From the human T2T-CHM13v2.0 reference genome, Homo sapiens: 64,000 nucleotides of DNA. Shown piece by piece: positions 56,740 through 64,000 of this stretch; positions within the stretch are counted from its first letter, which is position 1, and every line of letters starts with the position of its first letter. The position numbers and the translations under genes are program-made. Below the pieces are notes generated by a model. It was not told the origin of the DNA and searched no databases. It saw only the letters and a program-made list of their open reading frames with translations. The stretch lies in assembly GCF_009914755.1 (NCBI RefSeq), contig NC_060943.1. One strand, written 5' to 3'.

Positions 56740-57290
56740 TTTTGCTTGTCCAGTGCCTGTTCTCATGGCAGAACCCTAACTTCTCCTGGGGGAACTATCC
56801 TCACCCTTCAGTCCAGGGTTCCCAGGATTGACTGGCACCTGATGCAGGCCTTGGGGAGTCACAGAACTCCATTCTTCTAGCCATGGCAACTGGTTCAGAA
56901 ATACATATGGGTGCAAATCAGACCATGGAGCACCTTCCCCAGGTCTTTTGCTACAATTATCACTGGGTTTGCTAAACTGGTGAGATGTAAGCTTGGTGCT
57001 GCTGGGGCCATCTCACCACCAGTTGAGAGAGCATTTCTGAAAATGAAGCCAACTCAGAGGAAAGCAGGCCTCAGAGGTAAAGACACAGAGATTCCCAGGA
57101 TGTCATCTGAATGCCTGAATCCAGCCATGCCTGAAACAATCCTAGGCCATCGTTTGAACACCTGGATTCAGCCATGCCTGAAATTTGTCCTTAGGTCTTT
57201 TAGTGACATGAGCTAATAAGTTCTCTTTTTTCCTTAAACCAGGCTGAGTTTGGTTTCTGCCACCTCTAACTAAAGGCATCATAACTCAAC
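56740..57290 (+). mobile_element. Old MLT1 (J/K/L-like) LTR
   Basis: cctggattcagccatgcctgaa (present twice) and ccttaaaccaggctgagtttggtttctgccac end. Confidence 0.6.
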
Positions 57291-58586
57291 ACCTCATTTC
57301 CTCCAAACTGGCTCCTTCTGGACCTTCCACACTGGTAAGGGCCCCACCATTCACACAGACCAGATGCCTGGAAATGGTCCTTGCCTTCAATCTCTCTCCT
57401 GACAGCCAGTTAGTCACCATGTCCTGTCTCTTCTTTGTCCTCAAATTTCTCACATGTATCCCCTTCTCTTCAACCCCTTGGCCCCTGACCTAGTTTAGGA
57501 CTCTCAACTCAGACATATATCAGAGTACACACTCATCACCCAAATCCAGTCTCCAGATTCTCTTTCCAGAAGCCTCACTCCCTGGTATAGACCTATCAAT
57601 GGCTTCCCAGTGCCTGTGGGTGAAGGTGGCATCTTTCACCCTGGCACTGTAGCCTCCTTGAGCCAGCGTGACAATCTGCACAGCCTCGCTTCCTACTACC
57701 CTGTCACACTTAGCTCTGAAGTATCTCACAATCTCTCCAAATATGTCCTGAATCCAGGTGGATTCAGGATGGGCTCAACCCCATACCCCCCCATTTCTTG
57801 GCTCCAAATACTTCCCTCTGCTCCCACCCCGATCCCCACCTCATCTCCAGACTCTAGGCACATGACTGGAATGCCATCTGCCTCCTCACCCTCCATCCCA
57901 GCTTCTCCCAAGTTGTACTCTGTGCCACATCAGCCAAAAAAGCCTGTGAAATGCCATACCCCATTCTTCCTCTTACTGATCTGAAACATACACGAACACC
58001 ATAAAGCCTCTGATAAGGCCTGCAGGAAAGAAACCTGTCTAAAACATGTTTTAAGGCAGCATCTCCCAAAGGTCTAACTCCAGCACATCTGTTCAAGTGA
58101 CACCTTCGAACATTCAGCCCATCAGTATTCCATAGACACTTCCACACCCCTGTGATGTGGCCGGCCGTGCTTGGAGCCACGCCACTCTTTCTACATCCTG
58201 TTCACCTTTCAGAGCTCAGTTTCAGACTAGCCTTCTCCAGAATGCCTTTGCTGACCCTCGCCCAAGCCTCCTGCCCTCCATGCCTGGGGCTTGTTATTAA
58301 GCTCTGGGGGCTAACAAGCATCCCCAGCCAGCTGGGATGATAGGGCTTATCTTTTCAACGCCGCCCCGTGCTCCTCCAGAGCAGAACTGGGGCTTATGCT
58401 CTCCCTCCTCTCCAACCCCCAGGCCCAGCAGCAGCCATGTCTGGGAAGAAGGCAGAGACAAACACAAAGAAGGGGGAGGATGGAGCTAGAAGAGGACAAG
58501 GCCAGGCCAGAGGCCAGGGGCAGAGGGATGGACTGAGGGCCACCGACCTGCCCTGCCTCACCCCACGCCCCCATGGCCCCGCTCAC

Positions 58587-58751
58587 TGGTGTCCGTGGTC
58601 TCGTACTGGCTGTCCCGCTGCAGCTCAAAGATGTCTACTTCCACTCGGGCCTTGGCTGGGACCTCGATGATCCCGTTGATCTGCTCCCGGGCCAAGGCCA
58701 AGGCCAGACGCTCACCGCGGCCACACACTGTCTGATCATCCAGGATTGCAG
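58587..58751 (-). CDS. GRIK5: GRIK5 exon 3 (ATD: [17 protein letters not shown]...YETTDT)
   Basis: 165 nt, acceptor cccctcag|CT, donor A|GTGAGC, phase 1-1 consistent with neighbours. Confidence 0.97.
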
Positions 58752-58770
58752 CTGAGGGGACACATGGGTT

Positions 58771-58980
58771 GGGGACCAGACTCCTGAGTCCTGAGGAAGG
58801 AGGGGGCTGTGGTCTTAGACTCCAGGGCTCTAGGGTGAGGTGGGTATACGGACCAGGGGTCTAGACACCTGGATCTGAGGTTGGTGGGAGCTAGGGGTCT
58901 GGACTCCTGGGTCCTGGGGGAAGGAGGAACTGGAGGCTGGGATTCCTTGCTGCTGAAGAGAGCTGAGACCTGGACCCTGA
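58771..58980. repeat. Degenerate MSR1-like (chr19q13 36-38 bp) minisatellite, about 6 units
   Basis: GACTCCTGGGTC(C)TGAGG-like anchors at 58779, 58818, 58864, 58902, 58941 and 58973. Confidence 0.65.
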
Positions 58981-59055
58981 CGGACTGGCATGCCTGGGTC
59001 CCCAGAGGAGCCCCAGGGCCTGAGGATGCAGGGGCAGGGTGCGGGAGGGCCTCAC

Positions 59056-59134
59056 CCATGCGCAGTGATGAGAGCACCTGGCAGCTGGGGCTGGCGAAGG
59101 CAACAATCAGCAGCAGCAGCAGCTCAGCCGGCAT
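59056..59134 (-). CDS. GRIK5: GRIK5 first coding exon (exon 2): signal peptide MPAELLLLLIVAFASPSCQVLSSLRM; whole exon 59056-59184 including 50 nt of 5'UTR
   Basis: ATG at 59134 in aagATGc context; donor G|GTGAGG at 59055; acceptor ccctgcag|G at 59185; translation is the GluK5 N-terminus. Confidence 0.97.
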
Positions 59135-59583
59135 CTTCCTCCCCTCCTCATGGGGACGCAGCTGCCGCGGCCCCCACTCGCCACCTGCAGGGAGACCCCC
59201 CAGACCAAGGGGAGATTACTATGTGGTGGGATGGAACCCCTTGGAGGCCTGCTGGATGGGGTGGTCACAGAAGCCTTGGGGACATTGTTGGCAAGCAGTT
59301 CACAGCTCTGCAGAGCCCTGCTCTGTTTAGAAGCTGGCAATACTGAGGGCATTGCAAGAAGGGAAGCTCAGCTCAGAGGGGCACTACCAGGGTGGAGGTC
59401 ACAGTGCTCAGGCGCTGAGTAGGACAGGCTGCAAGAGAGAGGATGGGCACAGCTACCAAAACAGGAGGGAGGCGTGCGAGGTTCTCAGGTAGGAGTGAAT
59501 TCCTGGGACCAGCCCCACCCAAATAGGAAACCAGGAAGTGCCACCCCCCACCCAGTCCCGCCCCTGTCTCTGGGCAGGCAGCC

Positions 59584-59635
59584 GTTACTAGGCAACAGAA
59601 ACCGGCTGGAGAGGATGCGGTGGTTGCTAGGCAAC
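59584..59635. promoter_or_regulatory. Tandem RFX X-boxes
   Basis: GTTACTAGGCAAC 59584-59596 and GTTGCTAGGCAAC 59623-59635. Confidence 0.7.
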
Positions 59636-62075
59636 CCCATCCCAGGCCTCACTTGCCACTTTCCTAACATCCCCAGTTCCCACAATCCCATGGGGAGAGA
59701 GGCCTGGACATCCGAGGTCTGGAGGAGAGAGTATCTGGGAGTTAGGAAACTTCGGGAGAGATGGAGAGATGGAGAAAAAGAGAGAGAGGCACACACAGAA
59801 CCCCATAGATGAATGGACCCAGAGCAGTAAAAGGGGGAAAAAAAAAAAAAGCAAAGAGAGAGAAGGGAGGAAACAGAGAAAGTGAAAGAGAGGCTTAGAG
59901 AAGGGAAAGACAGAGAGACTCAGAAAGAGAGAAAGGTCAAAATAGATAGAAATACAAGGGAAGAGAAAGACAAGACAATAGGAAAATGGGGGTAGAAATG
60001 GAGAGAAAAGAGGAGAGTTACAGGGAGGCAGGGAGAGGACTAGGAGGGAGAAAGAGGGAAGAGACAGGAGGATGAGGAGGCAAGATAAAGAAAGGACAGA
60101 GCAGGGAGCGGAGGAAAGAGGGGCAGGCTGGAGGTGGGGAAACCAAGGCACAGGCGAGACACAGGAAGAGGGAGACAGAGGATGGAGAAAAGATAGGAAC
60201 CGACTCGGATACAAGCAGGAAGAGCTGGAAGGGAGGAGTGAGTAAGGCAGGGAGTGGAGCTGCCTGCCAGAAGTGGGTGCCATACCACTGCCCCCCACCC
60301 TACTGGGGAGAAGAAGTAAAGGGGGAGATGGTGCATCTTTGCTCTTCACAACTCTCCACCCCTAAGGAGTCAGGGATTCCTCTAGGCACCCCAGCTTTCT
60401 GCAGGGCAACCACTGGGCAAGGAGTTTGGCCAGATGCACAGCTCCACTTCCCCTGGCTGAGGGCTGTGCCCCACGGGAAGGGATGCTTGGGTTTCCATGG
60501 AGTAGGGTTACTGTGGGGGGCACAGAATGCTGTGAAGTGGGCCTGGACACCGGACCCCACTCAGTCCCCATGGAAGGACAGCTTGAGCTGGTGAAACTGT
60601 GGAATGAGAACTTCGAGGGAAGGATAGAGGCACAAGTCCTTCTCACCATCTCAAGTGGCCTGCAAAACCTAGGCTGGGGATCAGTCCCAGCTCTGCCCCT
60701 GACTCACTGCGTGATCTTGAGCAAGTCACTGCCTTCTAGGCCTCTGAGAAGAAGAGAGTGCTAGGTGGGAGGGTATGCTGGACAGGCTGGGGACTGCAAA
60801 CTATAATGTGGATTAAGGTGAAGGCTTGTCAAGGATGGAGGCACAAGGGATGCTGGGAGACCCGGAGGAGCGCTCAGAGTGGGAGGAGTGTGAAGGGCGG
60901 AGCTAGGAGAGAGGCAGGAGTGGAGTGGGTCATCCTGAGACACCAGGGACTCCTGGGGCAAATCAGGGAGCAGAGGACAAAGGACAGAAAGACCGAGGGA
61001 GAGATGGGACAGAAGGACAGGGACCCACAGGTGGCAGCCAAAGGTGGGAGCAGACAGAGAAAGACAGGGTTGAGGGGCAGCAGGTGGACACAGAGATACA
61101 CACAGAAAGACAGCCCAAGACGTAGGAACTGAGGCTAAGTGAGAGAGCAAGAGACAGACACAGCCTAGAAGTGAGACAGCAAAGGAGACAGAGACAGGGC
61201 AGGTAGGGTGTCAGGCAGGTCCAGGACTCAGCCCCAGAGACTGGGCAAAGCCAGATAAAAGTCAAAACCCAGCAGAGAGCTGAGCAACAGTGGGCATAGG
61301 AGAGACATCAGCAAAGGTGAGAGGCAAGGAGGGCCAGCGAAGGCACACAGGGTGAGGGAGAAGGCAAAGGGAGATAAAGAAACAGCAGCAGGTACAAGAC
61401 TTGGGAGAAGGAAAGAAATGGCCAAACTCTACAAAGAGAGAGGGCCAGTCGGAAAGAGAGACAGTATGTCGGAGCTGCACGACAGGCCCATAGAAGAGGA
61501 AGGGGCAAGGGGGAAAAGCACCTGGGAGAGAGAAAGGGGGAGTCAGGGAGGGAAACTGAGGTGGGGAGATGGAGTGAGTGCACTAGAGGGGCACAGGCAG
61601 GGACAGGGCAAGCACCTGCAGGAGAGGCCAGACCCACACAGAGGCATAGCCACCCCAAGACACTCAGGAATGCCGTGTGGGGGAGCAGGAGATCCTGGGG
61701 CCTGAAAGCCCCCAGACATGGAGAGGAATGGGAGCAGAAAGGCCACGCGAGGTAACACAGAAGTCGGGAGAGAGAATGGGAGTGGAAAGAGCCAGACCAG
61801 CCAGGAAAAGTCAGCATGGACCACGGAGAGGTGGGGCAGCAGCTGAGGAGGGAGGGACTGAGGAGCCGGGCACCCAGAGTGGATCTGGGGGAAAGAGGTG
61901 GAAAAGTGACAGAGGGAAGACAGCCTCCAAGCTCAGAGGCAGAGAGAGGGAGGAGGACAGGTGAGCGGAGGCACAGAATAGAAAGAGAAATGGAAAGAGA
62001 CCTGCCGAGGGAGACTTGGAAAGAGGGAAGCCAGGGTGGAGGAGTTCTGACAGAGAGAGGGATCTAAACAGAGAC

Positions 62076-62325
62076 ATGCCGAGAGCAACCTGGGCTAACA
62101 GCAAAGAGAGAAGTTGGGCAGAGTCAGAGAGGGGCCCAAGAGACACAGGAAATGGGGGCTCAAAAGCGGAAAGACATATCCAGGAGATAGAGACTGGACG
62201 GGGTGGGGACAGGGCCAAGGCCCACCGCAGGCAGAGGATGAGGCTCAGAGGAACAGAAAGAGCCAGTCTGGGACCAGGACGGAGGCTTGGAGACAGCAGG
62301 GGCACGGACATGCCAGGGGCCCGGG
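62076..62325 (+). CDS. ZNF574: Antisense nested exon, probably the alternative first coding exon of ZNF574 (MPRATWANSKERSW...DMPGAR, 83 codons plus 1 nt)
   Basis: gacATGc at 62076, open frame to a strong phase-1 donor GG|GTAAGT at 62326. The gene assignment rests on my recollection of an N-terminally extended ZNF574 isoform and of GRIK5/ZNF574 head-to-head adjacency; the rest of that gene is outside the window. Confidence 0.55.
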
Positions 62326-62604
62326 GTAAGTGAGAGCCCAAGTAAGAGCAATCAGCCCCGTAGGACCCCAGAAAGCTAGAGGGCCAGGGGCGGCAGTGAG
62401 CTATGTACCCAGAAGAAGAGGTGAGAAGAGGTCGAGGTGAATGGACGCTGAGGAGATGGAGGGCGCAGAGCAGGCCCCTAGTGGGGGAGGGTACTTGCCA
62501 GTCCGGAGAACGGGGAGAATGTGGTGCCCCCCTGCCAGGCGGCACCAGAGCCCAGCCTTCCAGGACCCAGAACCCAGCCCAATCCCTGCCCTGCAGACAC
62601 TCAC

Positions 62605-63570
62605 GGATCCTGGTGGGACGGAGGGCTGGGCTCCCTCGAGGCCCGAAGACCGACAGCGGGAGGTGCTCTGGCGCTGGGTGGTGGTGGGGCTGGGCGGGGG
62701 GAGAGGGCAGTCCACAGGGCCCCCTCCCCCGCCGCCGGTGGTGGCTCCCAACTAATCCAAAACGGTGGCTCCACAGGAGCAGGGAGGAAGGACAGGTGGA
62801 AGAGGAGAGGGCGGGCCGGGGAGGGGAGGAAGGGGAAAGGAGAAAATGGAGGAGAGAAGGGGAGAGAGGAGAGGGGGAAGGAGCAAATGGAGGGGAAGGA
62901 GGGAGGAAAGGAGGAGAGGAAGGTGAAAACGGAAGGGGGGGGCACAGGCAAAGCCGGGGGAGGGGGAAGCTGGCCCAGGAAAGGGCCCCCGCCCCCTCCC
63001 CTAGCCGGGCCGGCCTGGGGGGGCCACAGGGGGCGAGGACTGGGTGGAGAAAAGGAAGCCGGCCATCAGGAGAAGTGGGGGAGGGGAGGGCCTGCTGGGG
63101 GAGGGGGCCGCCCCCTTTCCCCCTCCCCCCTGGAGCCTGGGCCCTGCCCTGGTTGAGGCAAGGGCCCGGAGTCCTCAAGCCCTCAGCCCCCACGGGAAAA
63201 GCATGCTGGGGGCGGGGAGAGCCCGGGAGTGGAGAGCTGGGGAGGATGGAGAGCTGGGAGACCCGGAGAGGCCAAGAAGGGGGCAAATGAGGTGGAGAGA
63301 TAGGGAGGAGGGAGAGGAGGATGGAGAGGAGCAGGTGGAAGAGAAAGGCGGAGGAGGGTGGGGTGTCCCAGGGGCTCCCGGTGCTGGGCCTCAGTGGGAG
63401 GGCCTGGCGACACACTCCTGGTCCCCTGTGAGGAGCCGGCTCCAGTCCCCGGCTCCAGTCCCCGGCTGGGCCTGCCTCCCTGCCGCTGGCTGCCGCCACC
63501 GCTCAGTCTCCCCTCCGAGGCCGCCGCCTGCCTGCCCGCCTGCCGCCTGCGCTGGGTCCTGGAGCGCAGT
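62605..63570 (-). other. GRIK5: Probable non-coding first exon of GRIK5 (3' end firm, 5' end estimated)
   Basis: Minus-strand donor ATCC|GTGAGT at 62604 gives a 3420-nt intron to the 59184 acceptor, matching the ~3.4 kb first intron I recall for rodent Grik5. The 5' end is guessed from an Inr-like CCACTGC near 63570. Confidence 0.6.
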
Positions 63571-63800
63571 GGGGTGGTTCAGGAGAGAGAGAAGAGGGAG
63601 GGAGGGAGGCAGGGAGGAGGGCGGGCAGGAGGAAGGGAGGGAGGCAGGCAAAGAGAGAGTAGGGAGGTGAGTCGGGGGAGGGGGAGCCTGTATTGGTTGG
63701 GGCTGGGGGCCCCCCGCGAGGAGAATGCTGATGAGAAGAAGGAGCTGCATTGGATGGAAGGCCCACCCCCGAGCCACCCCCTCTACCACACCATGCCACC
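63400..63800 (-). promoter_or_regulatory. GRIK5: GC/CpG-rich TATA-less promoter region with CCAAT boxes
   Basis: CpG retention, many GC/GA boxes, minus-strand CCAAT at 63692-63696 and 63749-63753, no Alus from about 54.9 kb onward. Confidence 0.65.
63436..63467. repeat. 13-bp tandem duplication CCGGCTCCAGTCC x2.5
   Basis: Exact copies at 63436-63448 and 63449-63461, plus a partial copy. Confidence 0.85.
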
Positions 63801-64000
63801 GCCCTGCCCAGGCAGCCCTGGGCACAGGAGCCCACAGAGATGAGAGGCAAGAAGACCCAGGGAGAAGGCCACTGAGATGAGGGGAGAGGGCTACAGAGAT
63901 GAAGAGAAATGAAGAGAAGAGAGACAGCCGTCAAGACTGTCCAGAGAAGTGGGCTGAGGCCCACAAACCCCACAAGGACAAGGACAGGAAAAGCCCAGGG

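Noticed and set aside
61811-63499. 562-aa minus-strand ORF, the longest in the track
   Set aside because: GTG start, Pro/Ser/Leu low complexity from a pyrimidine-skewed GC-rich tract, runs across the exon 1 donor, no recognisable domain.

Overview
Primate (almost certainly human) genomic DNA carrying the 5' two-thirds of GRIK5 (kainate receptor subunit GluK5/KA2) on the minus strand. I mapped 15 coding exons by hand between 59134 (ATG) and 8. All have GT-AG boundaries and matching phases, and they join into 2037 nt / 679 codons: signal peptide, ATD, S1, M1-M3 and the start of S2. The gene continues beyond position 1. A non-coding first exon (donor at 62604) and a GC-rich promoter lie at about 62.6-63.8 kb. 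A plus-strand exon nested in intron 1 matches, from memory, an alternative first coding exon of the neighbouring gene ZNF574. The introns hold roughly 60-65 Alus plus L1M, L2, MIR, MER41A, THE1D, MLT1, LTR16, LTR33/41-like, ERVL-pol and MER58 relics; almost all ORFs in the supplied track are artefacts of these. I found no new protein-coding system. The strongest unexplained signals are: a cryptic ~39-bp-period degenerate array at 16.2-16.7 kb; a local inverted-plus-direct duplication around exon 6; a tandem RFX X-box module and an NBRE in intron 1; an out-of-frame uORF overlapping the start codon; a CAG-CAG-AAG tandem acceptor in the ligand-binding domain; several CTCF motifs inside old repeats; an MSR1-like array; and two candidate cryptic exons. 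Repeat family names come from recalled consensus features, and repeat boundaries are approximate.
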